This document shows, one piece after another, positions 9,599 to 17,416 of a DNA stretch of 64,000 nt. The stretch is from a virus (lineage: Duplodnaviria; Caudoviricetes): the IMG/VR virus record IMGVR_UViG_2842447887_000002, positions 930 to 64,929 of that record. One strand, 5' to 3'. The notes beneath the pieces are model-generated. The model worked only from the letters and a program-made list of their open reading frames with translations, made no database searches and was not told the DNA's origin. Numbering within the stretch: the first letter of the stretch is position 1; every line of letters starts with the position of its first letter. A program made the translations under genes and the position numbers.

Positions 9599-9930
9599 GA
9601 CGCGCGCCCCGCTTCGCACAGGTAAGGCCCTTCGGCCGCCTGTTTGGTGAACCTCTTCCAGTCGCCGACGCGGGCGAGCCTGGTCTCGCCGAACCGCTGC
9701 TCGTAGCAATTCACGCAAAGAGTGAGGACGCTGGGGCGTGTGTCGCCGCCGATCTCCGTGGTGCAGTCATACAGCGAATCCCCGAAGGGTTCATTGCAGA
9801 CGCCGCAGCGCGAGATGGGGCCGGACCATGTGTTGGCGGGTTGGGTCACAGCACCATTCCCCGGTGCCGACCGGTGGTCGGAAACAGCGCTTCCATGGTG
9901 TGGGCTCCCTTCACTTCGGAGGAAAGTCAT
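9595..9930 (-). CDS. Zn-finger hypothetical protein
   Basis: CGVC...LCVNC motifs. Confidence 0.6.
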   Translation of the reverse strand: MTFLRSEGSPHHGSAVSDHRSAPGNGAVTQPANTWSGPISRCGVCNEPFGDSLYDCTTEIGGDTRPSVLTLCVNCYEQRFGETRLARVGDWKRFTKQAAEGPYLCEAGRAS

Positions 9931-9934
9931 GGGA

Positions 9935-10036
9935 TCACCTCAGGTAGATGTCTTTGAGAAGGATGGCGAGCGCCACGGCGATCACCACGATGGCGATGGG
10001 AGCACTGAGCGAGCCGATGTCCGAGATCCAGCCCAT
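9935..10036 (-). CDS. 33-aa single-TM peptide, copy B
   Basis: MGWISDIGSLSAPIAIVVIAVALAILLKDIYLR. Confidence 0.6.
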   Translation of the reverse strand: MGWISDIGSLSAPIAIVVIAVALAILLKDIYLR

Positions 10037-10038
10037 GG

Positions 10039-10236
10039 TCACACCCGCGCCGCAAAGGAGAAGGCAAGGACCAGGCCGGTCGCGACCAGCAGCACCGCCT
10101 CGGCGCGGCGCTGGGTGGCAAGGCGCATGCGGAAATAGGCGAGCAGCCGTACCTCGAGGTCGGCGGCGCGCTCGTCCGATATCGGCGGAGCGGTGAGCAA
10201 GGCCGCGGCCGGCAGGAAGGGGGTGAAATGGTTCAT
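10039..10236 (-). CDS. Small membrane protein
   Basis: C-terminal hydrophobic AVLLVATGLVLAFSF. Confidence 0.6.
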   Translation of the reverse strand: MNHFTPFLPAAALLTAPPISDERAADLEVRLLAYFRMRLATQRRAEAVLLVATGLVLAFSFAARV

Positions 10237-10323
10237 GGGATTGCCCTTTGCATCCGTTTGGGAGACCGCCCCGTTCCTGGTCGGGGCGGAAACCGAAGCG
10301 GGTCCTCGGTTCAAGACCGAGGA

Positions 10324-10503
10324 TCAGGCGGCTTCGGCGAACTTGATCTGCTCGGCGACCCATGGGGCGTTGCGCGCCTGGCTGGCGAGGCTGATGCCGG
10401 CGGCGAGCAGGGTCTTTTCGGTCTGGGCGCCGCGCTCCTGGTAGAGTCGCAGCATCTCTTCGCGGTCGCGGCGGTCGGCGGCGGTGACGTCTGGCTTCTT
10501 CAT
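10324..10503 (-). CDS. First gene of the leftward early operon, small conserved phage protein
   Basis: MKKPDVTAADRRDREEMLRL...; GGAG RBS. Confidence 0.65.
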   Translation of the reverse strand: MKKPDVTAADRRDREEMLRLYQERGAQTEKTLLAAGISLASQARNAPWVAEQIKFAEAA

Positions 10504-10622
10504 GGTCAACTCCTTGATGCTCCCGTCTCCGGCGCGGCCCGCCGCCGGCCGCGAAAGTGCGGACCGGCGGCGCTTCTGCGCGCCGTCCAGGTGAGGGAGG
10601 AGGACCACCGGGGCGAGCGGAA

Positions 10623-10674
10623 ACATAAAGCGGAAATATTTCCGCCGTCAAGTATGAAGCGGAAATATTTCCGT
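10623..10674 (-). promoter_or_regulatory. PL promoter with operators OL1/OL2
   Basis: Palindromes GCGGAAATATTTCCGC (10630-45) and GCGGAAATATTTCCGT (10659-74); minus-strand TTGACG -35 at 10651-46 and TATGTT-like -10. Confidence 0.8.
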
Positions 10675-10744
10675 AAGGTCGGAAACGAAAAAGCCCCGCT
10701 GGGTTGGCGGGGCTGCGAATCGCTCGGGTTTTTATGGGGTTCGG

Positions 10745-11425
10745 CTAGATGCCGTAGATCTCGTTATTGGTGAGCACCTTGTGGATGCTGATCACCGTTT
10801 CGCGCGGCAGGTCGATCTCGGCCGGCGGGTTGTGCTTGCGGATCGTCACCTTCTCGGCCGAGCGGCGGCTCAAGATGCCGATCGTCGCTTCGGTCGGGCC
10901 GTCTTCACCTATCTGGCATTGTATCACGACGGCGTCGCCGATCTTCGCCGGCTTGTCCGGATGAACGAAAACGAGATCGCCGGGCGCATATTGCGGCTCC
11001 ATCGACGAGCCTTCGACATAGAGCGAATAGAGATTTACAACGTTCGACAAAGCCGGCGGTCGCCTCACGAAATCAACGGGATCTGCGGTCATCTGGAACG
11101 CTCCGCGCATATGAGAGCCGGCGGCGGTTCCCCTTACCGGGACGTTGTTCGGCATCTCGTGGCGCAGCGGCGGCGTCGGCGAGGCGGCCCGGACATCGGT
11201 CTTCAGCGCGGGGGCGCTTTCGCCGCCAGATAACAACCATTGCTCGCTGACTTCAAGAGCCCCGGCCAGCGCCGTCAGGCTCTTTCCGCTCGGCATGGCG
11301 TCGGGATTGGCCAGCAGCTTGCGCAGCGTGTCCTTCGACAGCTCCGCTTTCCGGGAGGCGCCGCCCGGCGTTAAGTCCAAATCTTTCAATCGCTTGCGGA
11401 TGCGATCATGCAGGGTTTCGCTCAT
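10745..11425 (-). CDS. cI: CI-like repressor (XRE HTH + S24 autopeptidase)
   Basis: N-terminal HTH; VEGSSMEPQYAPGD (catalytic Ser) and TIGIL region; divergent from cro. Confidence 0.9.
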   Translation of the reverse strand: MSETLHDRIRKRLKDLDLTPGGASRKAELSKDTLRKLLANPDAMPSGKSLTALAGALEVSEQWLLSGGESAPALKTDVRAASPTPPLRHEMPNNVPVRGTAAGSHMRGAFQMTADPVDFVRRPPALSNVVNLYSLYVEGSSMEPQYAPGDLVFVHPDKPAKIGDAVVIQCQIGEDGPTEATIGILSRRSAEKVTIRKHNPPAEIDLPRETVISIHKVLTNNEIYGI

Positions 11426-11427
11426 GA

Positions 11428-11505
11428 GCGGAATTCTATCCGCGCCAGCGATCTGTGAAAGGGGGAAAAAATTCTGTTGACGTGGCGGAAAATGTTCCGC
11501 ATGTT
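11428..11505 (+). promoter_or_regulatory. OR region and PR promoter
   Basis: GCGGAATTCTATCCGC (11428-43) and GCGGAAAATGTTCCGC (11485-500); TTGACG at 11477-82, CATGTT at 11500-05. Confidence 0.8.
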
Positions 11506-11513
11506 CCGTTTCC

Positions 11514-11765
11514 ATGATGACGCTCCGCGAACAACTCATTCTCGTTTCAGACGGCTACGGGCTTGCCCGCGGCCTCGGGCGCCAGCGTGTCTCGACGATC
11601 GTTCTCAACCGCGGCTCGACGCTTGACGGCGTCGCCAGCGGCGAGAAGGACGTGACGACCGGCACCTTCGAACGGGCGATGCAGTGGTTTTCCGACAATT
11701 GGCCCGAGGGCACCGAATGGCCGCTGGATGTGCAGCGGCCGGAACGGTCCAGGGAGGCCGCATGA
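11514..11765 (+). CDS. cro: Cro-like protein
   Basis: Small HTH divergent from cI; FERAMQWFSDNWPEG..WP motif of alphaproteobacterial Cro-like proteins. Confidence 0.8.
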   Translation: MMTLREQLILVSDGYGLARGLGRQRVSTIVLNRGSTLDGVASGEKDVTTGTFERAMQWFSDNWPEGTEWPLDVQRPERSREAA

Positions 11766-12157
11766 CGATTCTCTCCCAGACGCGCGAGCAGTTGTCTCGC
11801 GCCAACTCGCGCCAGGCAGGCAGACCCTCTCTGTCTGGCGCCCTTCTCTTTCAGAGGTGCGCCGAACGACGTGACCGCGGCGGTCACCTCGGCTCTCCCC
11901 TCCCGGCCGTGACGCTTCGGGCAGTTGCGTCACGATTGCCGGGCCGCCCGTCCGCACGTTGCAACAGGCTGCGGACAACCCTGATAGGCCGGGGTGGCAG
12001 GGGCGCAATTTCCGGCGACGCTCGCCGCAAGCATTCGGTGTACCTGTCATCGGGTCCTCCTTGATCCAATGAGCAGACCTTAAGCCGCCCGCCAGCGGTT
12101 TTCACGGAATCAATCCAGTCGCGTTTTTTCCTTGACACACATTCAGGGGGTATCGTC

Positions 12158-12607
12158 GTGCGTTCAATTTCCGACAAGGACAGCGGCATCCTCAAGGCCG
12201 CGACAGCCGCAGCCTACGAGGCGATGGGCGGCGTCAGCCGGGCAGCCGAGGCGCTCGCCGTCGGCTCGTCGACGCTGACGAAATATGCCTCGCATAACGA
12301 GGAATGGAAAGACAGCTTCATCCGGCTGGACCTTGCCGTCGAGCTCGACCGCCGCACCGGCCATCCCTTCCTGCTCGAGGCCATGACCAAGCTGGTCAAG
12401 AGCACGCCGCGCAAAAGCTTCGGCGCGCTGACGGCAAGTGCCGTGCTGCGGCTCGACGGCGTGCTCGACGATGTCGTGCGCGAGGTCGTCAAGGCGATCG
12501 AGAACGATCACGTCGATGCCGCCGAGCGGCTGGCGGTCTGCGAGCGCATCGTCGCGGCGCAGACCGTGCTCGCCTGCCTCTTCGCCGAGATGACGGGGGA
12601 GGCATGA
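12158..12607 (+). CDS. Phage CII-like regulator
   Basis: Position after cro; LKAAT...GGVSRAA...STLTKY HTH, helical C-terminus. Confidence 0.7.
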   Translation: MRSISDKDSGILKAATAAAYEAMGGVSRAAEALAVGSSTLTKYASHNEEWKDSFIRLDLAVELDRRTGHPFLLEAMTKLVKSTPRKSFGALTASAVLRLDGVLDDVVREVVKAIENDHVDAAERLAVCERIVAAQTVLACLFAEMTGEA

Positions 12608-12810
12608 TGCCGGAGCTTTCCGCTGCGAATGAAGTGATCGCCAGCATTTGCGACGTGCTGACAGACCACAAGACCATCGCCGTCGGCGAGATCATGGCCG
12701 CCGCGGCGATCGTCGCGACCATGGCTGATCTCAGCGACGACCAGGCGCTGGCGGCGCTGCAAGCGGCCCTCAAGGTGATCCGCGAAGCGGACAGCAGGGC
12801 GGTGAACTGA
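12604..12810 (+). CDS. Hypothetical protein
   Basis: ATGA-coupled ORF. Confidence 0.55.
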   Translation: MMPELSAANEVIASICDVLTDHKTIAVGEIMAAAAIVATMADLSDDQALAALQAALKVIREADSRAVN

Positions 12811-12880
12811 TCCGCGCGGCGTGGCGCGCGAGAGTTGGGCAGGACCCGCCGCCGGGGCAGGTCGATACGAGGGGACTAAA

Positions 12881-13330
12881 ATGGGCTTCAGCATGATCGT
12901 GCCTACGCCGAAGGCGAAGACGGGCACATTCAAGATATCGACGGTCTCGATGCGCGGCGGCCCGTTCCGCCTGCAGATCAGCATCCCGTCGGCGCTGTTC
13001 ACGCTGCTCTTCAGAACGTTCGAGCAGTTCGACCTCATGATCGGTGAGGGCAGCGACAAGGGCAAGATGATGATCAAGCCCAGCCACACCGGCCATTTCA
13101 AGCCGACCTTCATGAAGCATGCCGTCATCTTTCGTTTGCCCGAGATGGCCGGGACGCCGCAGATCGCGCTGGCCGCCGAAGATCCGAAGCGGCGCGAGGT
13201 CGAGGGGGGGGCAATCGTCATCGATCTGCCCGAGTGGATGGACGAGGAGCGCTGGAAATCCATTCAGAAGGCCCGCCAGCAGGTGTCGCGGGAACGCGAA
13301 GCCGACAAGCTGCGGGGTGCTGCTAAATGA
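12881..13330 (+). CDS. Hypothetical protein
   Basis: GAGGGG RBS; coupled to the next ORF. Confidence 0.65.
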   Translation: MGFSMIVPTPKAKTGTFKISTVSMRGGPFRLQISIPSALFTLLFRTFEQFDLMIGEGSDKGKMMIKPSHTGHFKPTFMKHAVIFRLPEMAGTPQIALAAEDPKRREVEGGAIVIDLPEWMDEERWKSIQKARQQVSREREADKLRGAAK

Positions 13331-13539
13331 ACCCGCGCACGCAGATCGATTGCCGCCACGGCACGGCGGCCCGCATGCTCCTGGCGGCCGAGCGCGACGG
13401 CTTCGTCGACGACCGCACGCCACGGGAGCGTGCCGCCTGCCTGCGGCTGAACGGCCACGGCCTGCTGCGGCGTGACCGCAAGCTCGCCTCGCGCTGGTAT
13501 CCGGTCGAGGCGGCGCCGCGCAGTGAGGCGGCGAGATGA
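13327..13539 (+). CDS. Hypothetical protein
   Basis: ATGA overlaps at both ends. Confidence 0.6.
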   Translation: MNPRTQIDCRHGTAARMLLAAERDGFVDDRTPRERAACLRLNGHGLLRRDRKLASRWYPVEAAPRSEAAR

Positions 13540-13559
13540 CCAATTACAGAGGGGATTCC

Positions 13560-14234
13560 ATGTCAAGGGACGAGCACCGCCCGATCGGGCGCAATACCAT
13601 TTCCGGCAAGCTGCTGGCCGAATATGTCGAGAAGATCGAACGGATCCGCGAGGAGAAAAAGCAGCTCGCCGACGACGAGAAGGCGATCTTTGCCGAAGCG
13701 CAGGCGGCCGGATTCTCGCCGAAGCGCATCCGCGAGGTGTTGAAGATCCGCACCGCGAAACCGGCCGACCTCGAGGAGGCCCAGGCGGAGCTCGACATGT
13801 ATCTCCATGCGATGGGGATGTCGACGGATGCGCCGCTGTTCCGCGCCGTCGGCATGATGAACGTCGATCTTGCCGCGCGTGAACAGGTGATCGAGGCTTT
13901 CAAGCAGCTCGTGCCGATGGACGGCGAGATCATCATCAAGATTGGCAAGCAGCCGGTGCGCCTTTGGCGTGATGCCAAGGGCATTGCGCATGCCGAGGAT
14001 GTCGACGAGACGCCGCCGGCACCCGTGACGCCGCGTCCGGCACCGGCACCAAGGCCGGCGCGCGATGTTCCCGATGTCGACGAGGCTGGCGCTTTTGACC
14101 TTGGCGAGGCGGCCTATCACGCCAACGAGCCGGTCACGTCCAATCCGTTCCCCTGGGACGACAAGCGCCGGGCGCAGTTCGACGCCGGCTGGCGCGCGGC
14201 CTCCGGCAGCGACGGCATGGGGCCTGACACCTGA
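13560..14234 (+). CDS. GapR-like (DUF2312/UPF0335) DNA-binding protein with C-terminal Rmf/CrpP-like extension
   Basis: LLAEYVEKIERIREEKKQLADDEKAIFAEAQAAGF.PKRIREVLKIR...LDMYLHAMGM; C-terminal GEAAY...NPFPW...FDAGW. Confidence 0.8.
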   Translation: MSRDEHRPIGRNTISGKLLAEYVEKIERIREEKKQLADDEKAIFAEAQAAGFSPKRIREVLKIRTAKPADLEEAQAELDMYLHAMGMSTDAPLFRAVGMMNVDLAAREQVIEAFKQLVPMDGEIIIKIGKQPVRLWRDAKGIAHAEDVDETPPAPVTPRPAPAPRPARDVPDVDEAGAFDLGEAAYHANEPVTSNPFPWDDKRRAQFDAGWRAASGSDGMGPDT

Positions 14235-15193
14235 TGTTGGATCTCGGGCAGAACGATGGGCTGCGGGCGTTCGGCGAGCTGCTCGAGCCGGAGAAGGCGG
14301 AGGAGCCGATTCTGGCGCGCGCGGTGCGCGGCGCGCTGATGGAATGGCTGACCGAGATATGGGCAAAGGACGAACTGCAGGCCGTAAGGCTGAAGCCGCG
14401 CATGCGGGCGATCTTCTCGGGCAAGCCCGGCACCGGCAAGACGACGCTCGCCCATCACGTGGCCGCACGCCTTGGCCTGCCGATGCTGTTGGTACGCCCC
14501 GAACGCCTGCAATCGAAATATATTTCCGAATCCGCCACATTGATCGGCCGGTTGTTCGATGCCCTGAAACGCCAGCCGCAACCGGTGCTGCTGTTCTTCG
14601 ACGAGTTCGACAGCTACGCGGCCAAGCGAATGAGCGGCGGTAACAACCAAGCAGCCGAGCAGGACCACAACCATACGATCAATTCGCTGCTTGCGGCCTT
14701 TGACCGATATGACGGACTGATGGTCGCTGCGACCAATTTTGCCGATCGCATCGACGAGGCGATATGGCGTCGCTTTGAAATTCAGATCGAAATCGACGTT
14801 CCCGGCGATGCAGAGCGGCGGCATATTCTGGCCCGCTACCTCTCGCCTTTCGTGCTGCCGGACAATGCGCTCGACGCGCTTGGCGACGCAATGGCGAGCG
14901 CCGCGCCGGCGCTGATCAGGCAGTTCGCCGAAAATATCAAGAGGCAGATCGTCGTCGGCCCGAAGGCCGGATGGGAGATGAACCGGGAAAAGGTGATTTC
15001 CCGCGTGCTGACCACGGTGAAGCCGCATCCGGAAATGGGGCTGCCGCGCCTCTGGAGCCTTGGCGTCAAGGATCATGCGGTTTCGACCTTTCCCTGGCCC
15101 TTGGAACGCAGCCTTGATGCCTATCCGGAGCCCGCGCCGGCAGAGGCCGGCTCGACGGTTGTCCCGCTGCGTCCGCAGGGAGGCCGGCCATGA
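14234..15193 (+). CDS. AAA+ ATPase
   Basis: Walker A GKPGTGKT, Walker B FFDEFD, SRH ATNFADRIDEAIWRRF. Confidence 0.9.
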   Translation: MLDLGQNDGLRAFGELLEPEKAEEPILARAVRGALMEWLTEIWAKDELQAVRLKPRMRAIFSGKPGTGKTTLAHHVAARLGLPMLLVRPERLQSKYISESATLIGRLFDALKRQPQPVLLFFDEFDSYAAKRMSGGNNQAAEQDHNHTINSLLAAFDRYDGLMVAATNFADRIDEAIWRRFEIQIEIDVPGDAERRHILARYLSPFVLPDNALDALGDAMASAAPALIRQFAENIKRQIVVGPKAGWEMNREKVISRVLTTVKPHPEMGLPRLWSLGVKDHAVSTFPWPLERSLDAYPEPAPAEAGSTVVPLRPQGGRP

Positions 15194-16380
15194 AGATTTC
15201 TCAGCCCTATCAGGTGATGCCGCCGCTCTCCGCAGACGACTATGACGCGCTGAAAAGCTCGATTCAGCGCCATGGCGTGCTGGTCCCAGTGGAATATGAC
15301 GAGGACGGCAATATCCTCGACGGCCATAACCGCGTCGAGATCTGCGAAGCGCTCGGCATTGCCGACTGGCCGCGCTTCGTGCGGCGCGGCATGGCGGAGG
15401 AAGAAAAGCGTGCCTATGCGCGCGAGATCAATATCTCGCGCCGGCATCTGAGCAGCGAGCAGAAGCGGCACGTCATTGCCGAGCAGCTGCGCGACACGCC
15501 GTCGCTCTCATCGCGCGCGATTGCGGCGCGGCTCGGTGTCGATGACAAGACCGTTTCCTCTGTCCGCGCCAGGATGACGGCAACTGCGGAAATTCCGCAG
15601 TTGGACCGGATGCGAGGGGCCGACGGCAAAGAGCGCCGGCGGCCGATCAGAACCACATTCATGCCCGAGCCGGCGAACGTGCCGGAGCTGAAACGTGTCG
15701 CGAAGGAGATCCGCGCGAGGGAACAGCAGGTGCGCCACGCCGTGCGCTCCGATCTCGCGGTTCAGATTGCGGCGCGGCAGGATGCGACGCCGTGGTGGCA
15801 TTCGGTCGGCGGGCAGAGCGGTACGGCTTTTCCGATCATCTATGCCGATCCGCCGCACCGCTTCCAAACCTATTCGGCCGTCACGGGCGGAGAGAAGAGC
15901 GCCGACAACCATTATCCCACGATGTCAATCGAGGAGATCCTTGCGCTTGGTTGTCCAGCCGCCTCGAATTCCGGGCTTTTCCTCTGGGTGACGGATCTTG
16001 CCAACGGCCTGGCGATCCTGAAGACGTGGGGGTTCGAATACAAAAGCTTTTGGGGCTGGAAAAAGCTTTATCCCGGCGAGCAGACCGGCACGGGCTATTG
16101 GAGCTTTGACAATCTCGAACTGCTGCTGATCGGCACGCGCGGCGATTTTCCCGCCCCGCTTCAGGGAACGCAGCCGATCAAGTGCACTGATCATCCGGTC
16201 GGTCGTCATTCGGAAAAGCCCGCTTGGTTCGCCGAGCAGATCGACCGGCTCTATCCAGATATGCCGAAGCTTGAAATGTTCCAGCGGCGCGAGAGCCTCG
16301 CCGCCGGCGATATCCGCCTGTCCGGCAATTGGGAATTCTGGGGAAATCAGGCCGGTCGGCCGGAAGGTGAGGCGGCGTGA
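15190..16380 (+). CDS. ParB-like N-terminal/HTH domain fused to an MT-A70-type N6-adenine methyltransferase
   Basis: YDALKSSIQRHGVLVPV...ILDGHNR; IYADPPH, LFLWVTD, WGFEYKS, HSEKP, KLEMF. Confidence 0.85.
   Translation: MKISQPYQVMPPLSADDYDALKSSIQRHGVLVPVEYDEDGNILDGHNRVEICEALGIADWPRFVRRGMAEEEKRAYAREINISRRHLSSEQKRHVIAEQLRDTPSLSSRAIAARLGVDDKTVSSVRARMTATAEIPQLDRMRGADGKERRRPIRTTFMPEPANVPELKRVAKEIRAREQQVRHAVRSDLAVQIAARQDATPWWHSVGGQSGTAFPIIYADPPHRFQTYSAVTGGEKSADNHYPTMSIEEILALGCPAASNSGLFLWVTDLANGLAILKTWGFEYKSFWGWKKLYPGEQTGTGYWSFDNLELLLIGTRGDFPAPLQGTQPIKCTDHPVGRHSEKPAWFAEQIDRLYPDMPKLEMFQRRESLAAGDIRLSGNWEFWGNQAGRPEGEAA
15581..15603. repeat. 23-bp palindrome inside the ParB-MTase gene
   Basis: CAACTGCGGAA-A-TTCCGCAGTTG, perfect 11-bp arms. 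Confidence 0.9.
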
Positions 16381-16667
16381 CGCCTGATTTCTCCCCGGCC
16401 ATGCTCAAGCAGTTCCTCACCCTTCGCGTCGCAATGATGGTGCGGATCGACTTCCCGTCGCAGCCGCGCAACGGCGAGAAGGCGGCGCGCGCCGACCTGC
16501 GCAAGCGCTCGGGCCTGACGCGCGACGAATTCGAGCTTGCCTGCAACGGCCGGCTCAAGGGTGGCATCGCCCGGGCGAAGATCTGGGCGGCGCTCTGGAT
16601 CGACCCGGCGAGCCTCGGCATTCATCTGACCGACGACGGCGGACAGGAGGGCGGCGATGCAGCCTGA
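16377..16667 (+). CDS. Hypothetical HTH-like protein
   Basis: GTGA-coupled ORF. Confidence 0.6.
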   Translation: MTPDFSPAMLKQFLTLRVAMMVRIDFPSQPRNGEKAARADLRKRSGLTRDEFELACNGRLKGGIARAKIWAALWIDPASLGIHLTDDGGQEGGDAA

Positions 16668-16932
16668 GATCGACCGCGCCCGCTTTGCCCGCGATGTCCG
16701 CCAGTGGCTCGACGACAACCGCCTGACGACGCGCAGCGCGCCGCAGATCTATGCCGGGCTCAACCCGGCGATGATCTCGCGGGCCTGCAGCGAGAGCGTG
16801 CTTTCGGCCGCCAGCATGCTGGCGCTCTGCGCGGCGATGAAGCGCGATCCGACGCTCTATCTCACTTTCCGCGACAAGCGAAATCAAGCTGTTACAGCAA
16901 GTGTTCACCGTGAAACGAGGGGCGCGGCATGA
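16657..16932 (+). CDS. HTH-like phage protein
   Basis: GLNPAMISRAC HTH-like segment. Confidence 0.6.
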   Translation: MQPEIDRARFARDVRQWLDDNRLTTRSAPQIYAGLNPAMISRACSESVLSAASMLALCAAMKRDPTLYLTFRDKRNQAVTASVHRETRGAA

Positions 16933-17126
16933 TGGTCGAACTCGGCAAATGGATCGTGCCGCTCACTGTGACGGTCATCGTCTTCGCCTTTGCCGCCGGC
17001 TTGGTCAGAGTGAGAGTGCCTGACTATACGCGGCTGGTGAACCGGTTGTTCAACATGCTGATCATGGCAGCGGCAACGATCGCCTCGCTGCTGATCTGGC
17101 TCGCCTGGGCGATGGTGAGCCAATGA
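16929..17126 (+). CDS. Small two-TM membrane protein
   Basis: Two hydrophobic stretches. Confidence 0.6.
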   Translation: MMVELGKWIVPLTVTVIVFAFAAGLVRVRVPDYTRLVNRLFNMLIMAAATIASLLIWLAWAMVSQ

Positions 17127-17416
17127 GCGATGTCCTCCCGATCATCGAAGGGTCGCTGGGCGCTGGTCCGCCCGACTGGGCATCGTGGCTGCTGCGCTGC
17201 CCGATCTCCATCATCCATCGCGAGCAGGCGACGATCCGCGCGATCCTGCAGAAGCACGGCTTTGCCGCCGGCATCGATTATTTCGACGCGCTGCTTGCCT
17301 ATTCCAACGCAACACGACTGCCGGACGGCGGCTTTCCGCCGACGGTGGTCCTGCCCGTGCACATGGCGGCCGGCGCAATGAGGGAAGCGGCGCGCGCCGC
17401 AGAGGGGGCGGAATGA
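17123..17416 (+). CDS. Hypothetical protein
   Basis: ATGA-coupled ORF. Confidence 0.6.
   Translation: MSDVLPIIEGSLGAGPPDWASWLLRCPISIIHREQATIRAILQKHGFAAGIDYFDALLAYSNATRLPDGGFPPTVVLPVHMAAGAMREAARAAEGAE

Larger units (their letters stand above)
9252..10053. repeat. Imperfect ~118-bp direct repeat (9252-9370 and 9935-10053)
   Basis: Shared TCACCTCAGGTAGATGTCTTTGAG and CAGCCCATGGTCACACCCGCGCCGC blocks. Confidence 0.9.

Noticed and set aside
11426-11539. N-terminal extension of CI given by the ORF track
   Set aside because: Would overlap the OR operators, PR and the cro start; the HTH begins right after the ATG at 11425
11762-12064. ORF after cro
   Set aside because: Protein looks non-natural and the region is hairpin-rich; cannot decide between a small gene and a leader RNA
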